Of a stretch of DNA of 64,000 nucleotides, positions 47,837 to 60,295 are shown in pieces. Numbering within the stretch: the stretch's first letter is position 1; every line of letters starts with the position of its first letter. This stretch comes from Oikopleura dioica (lineage: Eukaryota; Animalia; Chordata): the NCBI GenBank assembly GCA_907165135.1, contig OU015568.1:6572001-6636000 (forward strand). The letters are read 5' to 3'. A model generated the notes under the pieces. It was given only the letters and a program-made list of their open reading frames with translations, searched no databases and was not told the origin of the DNA. Both the position numbers and the translations under genes were made by a program.

Positions 47837-50572
47837 TCAGAGAAAAATGGGCTCATTTGGGATGATTTGCCGCACTTGGGGGCGTCCACTGGCGCCGGAA
47901 ACGACGATGTCTTGGCGGCAAACTGAGAATTTCTTTAGAAAAGAGGGGAGACGTAAGAAGTCCTACCTGGGCATGTTTTATGCTTCTCTACCCAAGGTTG
48001 AAGACAAGCGGTGTGGAAATCGTGCTTACAAGTCGTAAGACGGTAGAGCTTTAAAAAGAGTATTCTCATTAAAAATAAATATAGGAATAGAATAAAAAAT
48101 CATAGGAGCTATTTTTCTTTTGTCTCCAGGGTCTGAACTATGTGTTCACCTCTTGGCCATTTTCAAAGTCATTCAGGCAGATGTGGCAGCTCTCGTGCAT
48201 GGTAGATCGTGTCTGTCGAAATTTTCGTCGAGGAAGTCGCTCGACTTGCGACTTTGTGAGCCTAAAAGACGTTTTCGTCCTTGATTTCACCATTCCGCAC
48301 TTACCCTGCATGATGATTTCCAATGTTGAGCAAGTCAAACTGCACCAAGTCGGACCAGAATTGCAACTGACGCACATTCACTAATCCTCCTGAATCATCT
48401 ACGAATCGGTCCTCTCGGTTCTCAGGGTTTTGCGGTTGAAGAAAATCTTCAATATCTGCTGCGTTGGCAGCTGGTTGACGCCGTCGTTCAAGTTGCTGGG
48501 GAGGTGTGCGATGGGCTTTTTATAAAGGTCCAGACAGTAACTCATTTAACACGCTTATTAGAAAATGCGAAGGATAGACTATTGAACGAGTTATAAATAA
48601 CAAGTCTTAGACCCTTTCCGTCAAGCCAGGCGTTGTAGCTCGGGAGCGATGTCGGGCCAATTCTCTCTCTGAGGCCACTCATCGCGTCAAGATATGCATG
48701 TCCTGGAAGCTGCCTATTATCACGAGCTTGTGTTTCTTCTCGCGCAGCCTGGATTCTTCGTCTTGCAGTCGGTGGCCGATTGGCTCGAGCAAGACTTCTC
48801 CAAGGATCATATCGCTGGGATCGTGAGGCGGTGCTGATTCTTGCTGTTGGGCGGAAGGGGTGCTCCCTGCGAATCGCGCTCAATCGTTCCAGAAAGCTTT
48901 CTCCACGAGTCTGACCACGATCGCGATCAGACTCATTCATTATTTCCCGAACTCGCTCGACGCTTGGCTGCTGAGGAGTCTCTCTTCCTGGGCGATAGTC
49001 AAAGTCCCCGAAATCAGGGAAATTTGCAAATATCCTGTGTCTACGGGCCCCTGGCGGGCGAGGAGGAGTTACTCCTGCAGAATTAACTTGATTGTGATCA
49101 TTTTGGGAAGGCTGCTCTTGACCTCGTCGAATTCGATTGCTTCGTCTTGGAATCAATGACTGCCGAGGTTGTTGCGCCTCTCCTCCTTGATTTCCTCGAT
49201 TCTGCGCGGCGTTGTTGCTAAAGCTGAGATAAAGAAAACTTTTAAATATCAAGCAGGCTAAAAAGCAACCTCATTCGCTCAACGCGCACAACAACGTCTC
49301 GCACGGCATTCGTTGCTGTCTCCGCTCCACGGACATGTGCCGCCAGATTTTCCCAAGGGTCTGGGACATCAGAGCCGCTATCGCTTGAATCGCTCGAAAT
49401 GTCAATAGCTAAAAAACGAAATATAAAGAAGGTCTACTTTAAAAGAAGATTACCTGTGGTGATCTCAGACACTTGTCGCTCCAGCCTTCGGAAATCCGTA
49501 TCTATTGCCTCTTCTTCGTCCGAGGAAATAAAAAGAGTCGGCGTTGCGTTTCGCCGCTCTCGCTCAACAGTGCTTCTGATAATTTGAGCACGGTTGACGT
49601 AGTCGTTGATTTGCCGACGCTGTTCTTCAGCAACCAGGTCTGCTGGAAGCCCAATCGCTCCTGATAAGTCGACATTTCCGCTCTCTGCATCTCTGACCAG
49701 CTGATCAGCTCGTTCCAGTTGTTGCTGCCATCGCCGCTCTCGTCGTTCGACCACCTCTCTTCGTGCCAGTAGTCGATCAGCACTGGCAATCTGTGCTCGC
49801 GCTTCTTCAATCACCATTTCGTGGCGTCTCTCCTCTCTGGCCGCTTCTGTCCCAAGAGGAAGTCGAAGTGGCGCAGCTCTTGGGACTACCCGCTGTCTTC
49901 GTTGTTGGCGGAGGCGCTGATGGAAGCTGGCCACGCGGCGCGCGCGTACTCGCCGCCGTGTTTCTAGATCCATGTCGTCGGTGACGATTGGACCCAAGCT
50001 GTCGGAAGATGGCGATCGTTGGACTCTTAACAATTTTAATGAAGGATGAAACAAGATGTTCACTGTTCAGTACCTGACTCGTCTTCGAGTTCTTCGTCTT
50101 CGACGATTCGACATCAAGTTGTCGAAAAAGGCCCTCGTACTTGGCCTTGATTCACTTTCATTCGGAGTCGGAGACGAAGCTGGCGCTGGACTCTGATCAG
50201 TCTCCGATCTGTCCCGCCTTGTGCGTCGCCCGACGACACCCGCAGTTGGAGGACGATTGCGTCGTCGTCGAGTTGGGAGTGCAGAGTTTGCATTATTCTG
50301 TTGAGATCGGATCGAACGGGAGCGCGGAGTTCGAGAATTCGCATTTCTCGTGTTCTGATTTTGGTCAGGTCCCCTTTGGCCGCTCTGTCTGGCGCGTTCT
50401 TGGAGTCGCTTTTCATCGGGTTATTCATCATCGGCGAAAGTCAAATATGATCAACGGTTATGAAATTTTAATGAGAATTCGTTCATGAATCATGATTCAC
50501 CCGTTCCTTTATCCGGCTACTCCTTCTAACTGGTGTTTGTTCTCCACCCGCTGGAGGTGTATCTTCAGCCAT
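47837..50572 (-). CDS. C-terminal RING-H2 E3 ligase with a long Arg/Ser-rich disordered N-terminus (RNF6/RLIM-like layout)
   Basis: Spliced RING-H2: CHICLNDFENGQE/LYRLTTCKHDFHTACLQPWVEKHKTCP/VCRQDI. Confidence 0.8.
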
Positions 50573-51249
50573 GATTACTCTAATTCTTCAAATGTTTTCT
50601 GAAATGAATGTCGTGAAATTTCAGCCTATCGAGCGAGCTATTTTTTTTTTGTTGAGTAACAATTATTGTGGAATTGTTTTCTGTTACAGGTACGAGTCGT
50701 ACGACAGGTACAGTCGTAGTAAGCGTCTTACAGACTCTGCATCGACATTTATACAGTAAAATTTTTACACGAGAAAATAGACAAGAAAGAGTACTACAAA
50801 AAGATAAAGTTGGTATTTGGGGCATCAGGCGATGATGGGTGACATTTTTTCTACGGTCGAAAGGTTTGATGAAAAAGATTGCGAGATGAACAAAAGTGGC
50901 ATAAGGAAAAAGTATCATAGAAGCGGATTTCATGTGAACTCGAAAAGAAGGGAGGAAGTTTCTCAATCAGCAGGGCGGTCTCTCAGCATTGCGAGTTTTT
51001 CTCTTTTTCCCAGAATAAAATAGCTAGTGCAGCACTTATTGCTTTTATCAGCGAACCCCTTTTCCCGTTTATAGCTCGAGGAAAAGTGTTGCACTGAAAC
51101 CATTCGAAACAAGGGAAAAGGCTTGACTCTTGAATTCAAGAAGAAACCTCCCACTGATTCAAAAGCATTTGCTACTGTAGTAGACCCTTGAATTCGATGA
51201 TGAAACACTCCCGTATCAAATTTAAAAATAGAATGAACAAATATGAGTA

Positions 51250-51928
51250 TCAGTATTTAACAGAATTCCTATAATAACTTCGAGAAGAGTCTCTTTTGCG
51301 ATTGTCCGATTTCGGCGATCTAGAGCGGCGTCTACGCGACGTCGAGCGCTGTCTACGTGACGAGTTCCGCGACTTGCGAGATTTTGATTTGCGACTTCTC
51401 TCCTCTTCGCTCTCGCTACTTGAGGCTCTGGTTTTGGACGAGGATGAGGACGAAGAAGAAGAGGAGGAATAGGAGCGGCGGGAGCGCTTCTTCGACTTTG
51501 CGGCTTTTTCGCGGCTTCTTCTTCGCGACAACGAGCGCGACTTTTTCTTCGACTTTTTCTCTGATTTTTTCTTTGATTCTTTTTTGTCGAGCTTTTTGAG
51601 TTTTTTCTTCAGCCGGTCGCGCTCTTTCTCGAGCTCCAGAACGTCCTTGTCGATGTCGCTTTCTGAAAAGATTCTGATGATGACTCAATGATTCATTAGA
51701 GTTAATTCATTGACTCAAAATCGAGTACTTTGATACAAGGTGTCACTTTTTAAACGCTAGCGGAGACATATTTGAATACATGTCCTCCGGTCTGGTCAAT
51801 ATCCAACCTGAAGAAATAGTATCTGTCAAATCATCCGTCGACAAACTGGACGACCTGGAATGTACAGAGCTGCCAGCGCTAGTAGAAGAGCTTGATGACG
51901 AGCGCGAGCGCTTCTTCTTGAGCGACAT
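51250..51928 (-). CDS. Small Ser/Arg/Lys-rich (SR-like) protein
   Basis: MSLKKKRSRSSSSSS..GWILTRPEDMYSN followed by an exon of RS dipeptides and Lys runs. No ortholog recognised. Confidence 0.6.
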
Positions 51929-52536
51929 TTATGAAAGAAGCTCGAACTCTTTTCTCTTCGAATTGTCTGAAAGAGAAGCTCAAATCTTCCGATATTTTTT
52001 CGAAGCCATGTTTATTTTGAATATTGAGCCGGCAGTCATGTACGGTAGCAAAGAAAAAATTTAGTAAGTTGCAGAAAAATCGGAGAAAGAATGAAAGAAA
52101 AAGACGTTTCCGAAAATTGGTGTGTACCAGTGGAAATGATTTCGATAAAGAAAGTGATGTCTTCCGATATCTTTCTATGTGGCTCTGAGAGCCAATCAGA
52201 AAGAACTAGGAGCGCCTACGTTTTTTGGACGATTTTTTATTGATACATGTAATACAGGCAAGTTTTTATTTCTTTCAGAAGTTCTTGGTACAAGAAAAAC
52301 TAGCTCAGAAATACTGTTACTGTAATTGCTTGTAAAGGAGGAGGAAGTTGAGTAGTACACAGTACAGGTTGTGGTTTGTTGTTGAACTTTTTTTTTAGTT
52401 GTCGATTCAGGGTGGTTCTTTTGAAGTGGATTTTTGACTATTGTAGAAGATGAGAAAATACATGACATTTGGTGTTTTTTTTTGTTGTTGATAACTTGGG
52501 AATCTGTGGCAGGGCATGATAAAAATATTTCTAAAG

Positions 52537-55500
52537 TCAGCAAGAGACGGCGTCTCCCGCCTCGGTTGGTGTTTCCTGAGTTGTGCTCTTTTGCTCGGGC
52601 AGCGAATTGTCTAGGGTCTCAACTAGGCTTTTCTCGATTTCCGAGTTTGGGCTGGCTTGCGCTTCTTCCACTTTGGCCGCAGGAGCGTCAGCTGCTTCTT
52701 CTTCCAGTCTGGCTCGCTTTGGTTGCGAGGCTGAAAATTTAATAATTAAAAATTCATTTCAAAACGCGTTTTTTGAACTTACAGTCAGGGTTTTCCGACG
52801 ATTCGGAGTCTCGTTTGTCGCCGACTTTTAGTACGTCTTCACTTTTCTCTGTTTCATTCTTCGTTAGATCCTCTTTCTCGGCTTTAGCTTCATCCCCCTG
52901 TTCCTCCTGCTTGCTCTCTGCACTTTGTGTATCTTTGGCGCCGTCTATCGACATTTCTTCTTCATTCTGCGCGTTGTTCGCCTCTTCCCGTTCCGCCTCG
53001 CCGCCTTCGCCTTCTTTCGACGTGCTCGCACTCTCGCCTGGCACCGGTGTTTTGTCTGGATCCGTTTCGCCATCAGAGTCCGAGTCTTGGTAGTCGACCA
53101 GCGCTTTGCCGAGCTTGTCGGGTTTATCGTCGTCGTCGATTTCGAACCAGTTTGTTTCGGCGCGCTGAAAGCTCTTTTAGTGAAGTTATTTCAAAAACGC
53201 AATCTTTGCAAATCAAATCTTTGCATAATCATGGTAATTTCTCTAGAACGGGAATGTAGAGAGCAGGTTTTGATGTCCGACTTCAAAAGACAACGAGAAT
53301 GCGGTATTTATTTGAGATATTAAGAGCTCTCGCCAGTACCCTATTTATTGTAACGACCGTTACAAATTGGAAAACTGAAGAGTGGCGAATGGGCTTCAAA
53401 GTCCTACTTCATGCTAAAACGTGCCTTATGAATCCCGAAAACTTCCAAAAGAATTGGCCATATGCAGGTTGTGGTATCTTGTATATTCTGAGTAAGTAAC
53501 TTTAGTTTAAAATTTAAACTATAAATTACTTAATTTTCACTTTTTAGCGCTCATCTCTGAGATTTATCTGATCCACTCTAATATTCTTGTACTTTTGATC
53601 CGTGGTAGTTTTCAGGGTAAGTTTTCAGTTTAAATTTACATTCATCAAAACTGGTTTTAGTTTTCCAGACATGTTGCGATATGGAAAAACGTAAGTTCTT
53701 ATAAGTTATAACTGAAAAAAATGAAAGTTTGAAAGCTTCCTACTTTTGAAGGTAGACTCAATTTTGAAGGGATTTGGAGGAGTTATATGCGGCGAGACCG
53801 ATTGATTTTCGCGAAATGGTTGCTGCATGATCGGATGAAAAGATTATACAAGCCGAAAGTAGAAAAAAGAAGAAGAAACGATGAGATGGAAATTCTAGCA
53901 GATTTGACAGATTTCTTCGCGGAGAAACCTACGATTTGCAACAAGAAACTCGAAAGACAATTGAATGGAATTTGTCGAAAGATAGAGACGATCCACAATC
54001 AAATGTTCGCGAAAAATATTAAACTAAGAGTCGATTGGGACCTCAGAGGAGTCGAGGTCAGAGACCATCGAGGAAGACCTCGATGGTAGTTAGTGATTTG
54101 CTCAAGTCACTTGTTTAAATCTTAATTTTCTGCATATCTATTCGAATATTTTTAATAAAAATTCATGTTTCAAACTGACCAACTATTTTTTTAACAAGGA
54201 ATGATCCCTTTTTTTAAACTTACCGAATTATTACTACTTGGCGAGGGATGTGGCCGGAAACGAGCGCTCCAAGATCTCTGATTTTGCTGAAAGTAGAGTA
54301 GTTATTCTCACAACATTTAGATGGAAGGCAGAATTACCTGTTCATCGCCGTCTTGTTGGACCTTTGTCTGGATTTTTTCGAAGATGTCTGTGTATTTTAT
54401 TGTTTTTAGGCGCTCGCCAAAGGTCTCGTGCGTGTGTTCGAGGAGGGTTTTGACGTTTTCGTCGTGGACGTACTTGAATAGTTCGAGTATCGAAGAGTTG
54501 AGGAGGTTGTATCTGCTGCCGTTGTTGAATAAAGCGTCCACAACTGGAGTCAGCAAGTCGTTCTAAAGCGGTGAAATCAAGGAAGAGAACAAAGCAGAGT
54601 TCGAAATCCCGCGTTTGCCCGGGGGAAGATACGGGCACGGGCAAGAAAGTGAAGATTCCCGAGGGCAAAAGCGGTCACGGGCAAAAAAACGAATTTTCCC
54701 GCGGGCCGAGCGGGCACGGTCACAATAAAAAATATTCCCGCGGGCAAATTCGGGCACGGGCAAGATTCCCGCGAGCTTAAACGGGCACGGGCAGATTCAA
54801 TGCACCTTATGAAAAAGTGTTTAAACTATTTAAATAGCGCGGAAATAGACACCAAATACTTGAGGGTGTATATTGAAAACTAATCTGCATACAGAACTGT
54901 TATGACGTGCTTTTTTTCAGGTAAACGAAGTTTTCCAGCCCATTTCCGCCTTATAGACCCCCGAACATTATACCTTTACAAATCAACAGAAAATTTTAAG
55001 AACTTTAACGGTTCAAAATTCTAGAAAACTCCACTTCCGGTCGGTTCTAGAGCCGGAAGTTGACGTAATTTAGGTGTTATGGTGAAGTGTGACCTATCAA
55101 ACTGATGCTCAGACGATTTCCTATCATTTTAGACCAAGAATCAAGACCAACCGCGGTTAAATAAACCGGAAAAAAGTGAAAAAAAAATCATCACTTTATA
55201 CCTTTTTTACATTATTTTAACGGTAATAATTTTCGGTTTGACCAGGTTTGGGACTGTTTCTTCAGAAATATTGATTTTAGGATGACTCGAAATCTTCTGA
55301 GCATCAATTTGATAGGTCACACTCTACCATTTTAACTAAATTTCGTCAACTTCCGGCTCTAGAATCGACCGGAAGTGGAGTTCTCTAGAATTTTAAACCA
55401 TCAACGTTTTTGAAATTTTCTGCTGATTCTAAAAAAGTATGGTGTTCGGGGGTCTATAAGGCGGAAGTGGGCTGGAAAACTTCGTTAACCTTAAAAAAGC

Positions 55501-58500
55501 ACGTCTATATGCTAGGATCGACAAATGCCCCCGAAATCCGGATCGGGTTTTCATCGGATTTTCTTGAACTCTGATTTTTCAGATCGGGTTTTTGTCGGGT
55601 TTTCGTCGGGTTTTTGTCGGGTTTTTTATCGGGTTTTTGTAGGATTTTTTTCGGGTTTTTGTCGGGTATTTTTTGGGTTTTTATCGGGTCTTTGTCGGGT
55701 TCTCGTCGGGTTTTCACAACACTGAAGTTAAATCAAATAAATTAAATCAAAATCGGCGAAAATGGACATAATTTTTGGCTAACAGAAGTTTTGGTGCTCT
55801 CTTTAAAGAAATTGATGATTAGATACGAAGAGAAACCCGACAAAAATACCCCACAAAAACCCGATAAATGACCCTACAAAAACCCGATTTTCTAGGGTCG
55901 CCAAAATTTCAACGTCGGGTTTTTGTAGGGTAGGCAGAATCCAACAAAAACCCGACAAAAACGTCGGTTTTCGATCGGGTGTCGGGTGGGACTTGTCGAT
56001 CCTAGTCTATATCATATAGACTATATGCAAAAATAAACTCATGGACGATGTACAATGCACATTGTGCATGCAGAATAGTTCTGCAAAATGCAGAATTGTT
56101 TCGATCAGAAATCGGAGTGGTCTCCGTTTGCCCAAGTCGCCGTTTGCCCAAATCGCCGAGAAACGGAGATCTTGAAAAAAGTTTATATTAATTGATCATT
56201 AGACATTATTTGGCTTTTTTAATGTCAATCCTGGCTTCTTCAACGCCAATCCTGGCTTCACCAACATCAATCATGTCTTCTCCAATATCATCGACACTAT
56301 ATCAATTATGGCTTCTCCATCGCCAATTCTCGCTTCACCGACTTCAAATATGGCTTCTCCAATGTCCATCTCGGGTTCTTCGACGTCAATCCCGATTTCT
56401 CCATCGTCGATCCCGACTTCTCCAACGTCGATCCCGGCTTCATCCACCTCCATCTCGGCTTTTTCAACGCCAATTTTATCTTGAAGAAGCCATGATCGAC
56501 ATTCGAGAAGCGATGATTGACAACTGAGAAGCCGGGAGTGACGTTTGAGAAGCTTGGATTGAAGTAAGTGACGCCCGGATCAGCATTGAAGAAGCCGGGA
56601 TTGACGCTGGAGATGGCAGGATTCAAGTTTGAGCCACCAAGATTGACGTCTGAAAAGCTAGGATCGAAGTTTTTGAAGCCGGGATTGAAATAAGTGAAGC
56701 CGGGATTGACTGTGAAGAAGACAATAAAAGTTATATGATCAATCAATATAAATTAATTCACATCGCCGTTTGTCCAAGTCGCCGTTTCCCCAAGTTGGCC
56801 AAACTCAAAAATTTCGTCAACTTCCGGCTCTAGAATCGGACCGGAAGTGGAAATTTCGGAAACTAAAACGGTCAAAGTTCTTAAAATTTCCTGCTGATTC
56901 CAAATATGTATGGTGTTCCAGGGTTTAAAATCAAGAAGTGGGTGAAATAACTTGCCCAACCTTAAAAAAATCGCGTCTTAGCAGTAGAAAAAAATGTTCC
57001 CCCGGGCTGCCCTCGGGAATATTTCGTGCGGGAACGCGGGCAAACCGCCCGTGCCCGTTTACGCCCGCGGGAATCTTCTCATTCATGCCCGTGCCCGTAT
57101 CTGCCCGCGGGAAAATTTGTTATAGTGCCCGTGCCCGCTTGGCTCGCGGGAAAATTCGTTTTTGTGCCCGTGACCGTTTTTGCCCCCGGGAATCTCAAAT
57201 ATTCTGCCCGTGCCCGCCCGCCCGCCGCCCCCTTGCCCGGGAGCCGCAAAAATTTCGAACTCTGGAACAAAGAGGGCGAGACTTACCCTGACGACGAGTT
57301 TGTTGTAAGTGTCGTCTCCTTTTCCGATGATTTTGCGAAGAAGTCTGAGCGCGGAGAGCGAGAGGAATGTGTGACGCGATTGGATAAGCATCATTGCTCG
57401 TTTTAGCGTGTCTCGGTGCAACAGGTGATTTTTTATATGATAAGTGTGGTTCTCAACCATCATCATTAGCAATTCCATGATGATGACGCAGCTAAATGTA
57501 GAAATCAATTTTTTGAGAAAGTAAAAAGTTTCTCTTACGTTGAGGCTGTGTGATAGTCGTCTCTGATCATCTTGGTCGGCGTCGCAACAGAGCTAATGTA
57601 GTGAGTGAGGCGGCCGACGCATTCTTTGTAGAAAAAGCCGAGGAAGTCGGGCTTTTCCGTCGCGTTGCGAATCATGTTTTCCGGATCCAAAATCGCCTTG
57701 ATTGAGTACATCATATTAAAGGCCATGGCGGACTCGGAGTCGGGATCGTTTAGCGCCACGCACAGCAGGAGTGACATCAGATTGCGAGGGTTGGGGTAGT
57801 CCTAGAGCGGTTTTTAGGAGGGGGTAATAGAAAAGCCCGCGTTGGAATTGCTACTTACGTTGTTATATCGAGTTTTGAGAATGTGCTCTCTGATCTGCGA
57901 CGCACAATTGTGAACCTCGACAATTTGGCAGATGAGATCTGCCCCCAAAGTCCTCACTTTGGCATACTTAGAGTCGAGCAAGACCTCTATCGCAGAGAGA
58001 ATCCCATTTCTGATCAGCGTGTTTATAAAATCATCCTTTTCTGGCGCCTGCAGATGTTGAGCGTAGATAAAAAATTCTAAGAATTAGGTTGAATCTAATC
58101 GGAGGGAGGGATTGAGAAGTCTACCTTTGAGGAATCGACAGAGCTCGACTTGTCGTTTTGGGCTGGTTTTTTCATCTTTCAGATCTTTGACGCAGGAATC
58201 GATGAGTGTTGGATCTTTTAGGATCATTTTCAGCAGGTCGACCTGAAAGTGGGGATGGAAGAGGAAGGAGAGGGGAATGAGGTACCTTTTGGAAGAAGAT
58301 GTAGCTTGCCAGACTGGCAAGGTTGTCTGCTTCGAACATGCTTGGCGCGGGGAGAACTGACTCTTGAACGTACTGAAAGCCGTTATTAGCTGGCTCGTCT
58401 CGACAGTATATATAGCTTTATGTTTTTCCGCATTAGTGCATGCGCTGAAATCAATACTGATTTCCTTCTCTTTCTTACTTGCATCCTGTAGAGTTCTGTG

Positions 58501-59591
58501 ATTCTTTCTGCGATGACTTCGTCAACGTTGAGCACGTTTTGAAAAGAGCAAATGTTCTTCAGGTAATCTCGGTGTTTTAATTCGTCTTTTCTCGTCGGGT
58601 TGTATTCCATCACCCCCACCACATCCTAATTTTATTATCAGCGCAAATTAAGATAATCTCTATGTAGAAATTATTGCGCAAAATTGCTCTTTTACGAAAG
58701 AATATCAGATTCTGAAACAACCCAAAAGAAGCTTGAGTCCAAAGAAGAATTTTCGAATCTTTTTTATTTTCGATCTGATGAGTAAAAATGCGTTGAAAAA
58801 ACACAAATTCAAGCCTTTCGCATTCCTCTACTTATGTAACAAAGAGTGTACTTACAAAAATGTATTCTGGCTTAAACATGATCTCGTATAGATCTGCTTG
58901 ATTGAGCAGCCAGATAGATTTGAATATTTCGTACAAGACACGGAGACTGTTTGCGTCTTCCAAATCCTCAACAGAGTGGAAGACCTCCAAGAGCTTTGGA
59001 ATGTAGTTCTGGCCCTTGATCGCAGCTGCGAGTTTCTCTCGGCGTTGCATTCGACAGTGATTTTGAATGCTGTCTCTAGAGAATCGCAGTTTAGCAAACA
59101 TTAGTCTTCGTTGATTTCAATTTACCTGATTTGCTCTATATTTCTGACTTCCGGCGAGGGCAGTTCCAAGTCATCTTCTGGCTCCTCATCTGACGATTGC
59201 AGCGGATCAGTTTGGTCTGGATCGCGCCCCTGGCATTGGCAGATGCGTTCCCAAATTTCCTCGCATCCCTGTCGCTCTTGGAAGGACAGAGCCAGGTCGT
59301 TTTGATCCTCACTCCAGACAATGAGCGTTTCTTGTTGCTAGAATTTGTGAATAGAAGGGATATCGGACCCTTTGGACTCACTTTTGAGTAGTTTGTATCC
59401 TGTCTGATTTCGCTGTCGAGCAAGATGCTGTTGTCAACCTCTGAGCGAACAAGTAGCGAGACGACATCATCTGGACCCGTCTGCGCTGTCACGTGACCAG
59501 TGCCTCGGTCGTCCCACTGGCGATCGTCGTTCAGCTGGTAGACTTTAACCCGACGACGCGTGCCGCCCGTCGTTTCCCCCGCAGCTTGCAT
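52537..59591 (-). CDS. PPP4R3: Protein phosphatase 4 regulatory subunit 3 (SMEK)
   Basis: EVH1-like N-terminus [51 protein letters not shown]; also [10 protein letters not shown] and [16 protein letters not shown]. Confidence 0.93.
54904..55505. mobile_element. ~600-bp MITE nested in the hAT element
   Basis: Long inverted arms GACGTGCTTTTTT..AACGAAGTTTTCCAGCCCA..CACTTCCGGTC; TAT on both flanks. A diverged single arm recurs at ~56810-56977. Confidence 0.85.
55512..56005. mobile_element. ~495-bp foldback element with (TTTTGTCGGG)-type subrepeats
   Basis: 13-bp TIR CTAGGATCGACAA/TTGTCGATCCTAG; tandem TCGGGTTTTT units on the left and CCCGACAAAA units on the right. Confidence 0.85.
56182..56752. 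mobile_element. ~570-bp foldback element built from 21-bp tandem units
   Basis: Termini TTTATATTAATTGATCAT / ATGATCAATCAATATAAA. The units (AATCCTGGCTTC..AACGTC) invert at ~56480. Confidence 0.75.
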
Positions 59592-60295
59592 ATCACTCTG
59601 GCGGAGGCGGCTGAATACGGAATCGATTACTCTCTGATAAAGGGCTATCATAACAGCTTTCTCGCAAGTTTCAAATATTTGATTATTTCATGCCCTAAAG
59701 TCTAAGACTTTGCGCGCCCCGACTCTCGTACTGACTCAAAAATAAAACCAACCGAGAGCATTTTTCATCAGCACTCTAAGATAGGGTGGCGACATGGGTT
59801 TTACGCTCTCCCCCATTAAAAACGTACCGTAAAAGCATCATGAGGTTTGCTCCTAAGTCAACCATGAAACTAATGATTCTCTTTTAACGAATAAAATGAA
59901 AACAGCGTCTGTTAGAAACGGCAGAGAAAAACTCTTATTTTCAAAATCATCTAGAAACTTTTCAACAACTAATTCCAAAATCTCCCCTTGGCTCTTCCCT
60001 TTTCAAATTTTTGTTCCTGCGAGAAAAACTGAGGCAAGTAAAAACGCATGTAGAAAAATAAAGGTTTTATGAATAGATAAATAAGTGAAAATGAGGCAGA
60101 GAAATGGCACACAAGTAAGCATGGTATGTTTTTTTTGGTTTCGGTTTGGAGGTCAGTTCAACTGGCGACATATTCTTTTTATGGCGTTATTTTGGGGAGA
60201 CTCTCTATTTTGCTTCGGAGACTGACGGATTCGGAAATGAATGAAGGAAGTTATACAGAAATGAATGAATAGAAAAAACGCAAAGAAATCAGTTT

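Larger units (their letters stand above)
54595..57264. mobile_element. Non-autonomous hAT-type element filling a PPP4R3 intron
   Basis: 13-bp TIR CAGAGTTCGAAAT/ATTTCGAACTCTG; 8-bp TSD GAACAAAG (54587-54594 and 57265-57272); mirrored subterminal CGGGCACGGG/CCCGTGCCCG repeats. No transposase ORF. Confidence 0.88.

Noticed and set aside
50580-51208. ORFs 50580-50966 and 50963-51208
   Set aside because: No homology or splice support; more likely the 3' UTR of the SR-rich gene or intergenic DNA.
55570-55720. Short direct repeats resembling a CRISPR array
   Set aside because: No unique spacers; degenerate tandem units mirrored on the other arm of a TIR element; eukaryotic context with no cas genes.
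54342-57406. ORFs rich in ARAR/GHGH (54563-54780, 56938-57508)
   Set aside because: They derive from the CGGGCACGGG subterminal repeats of the hAT-type element; no transposase motifs.
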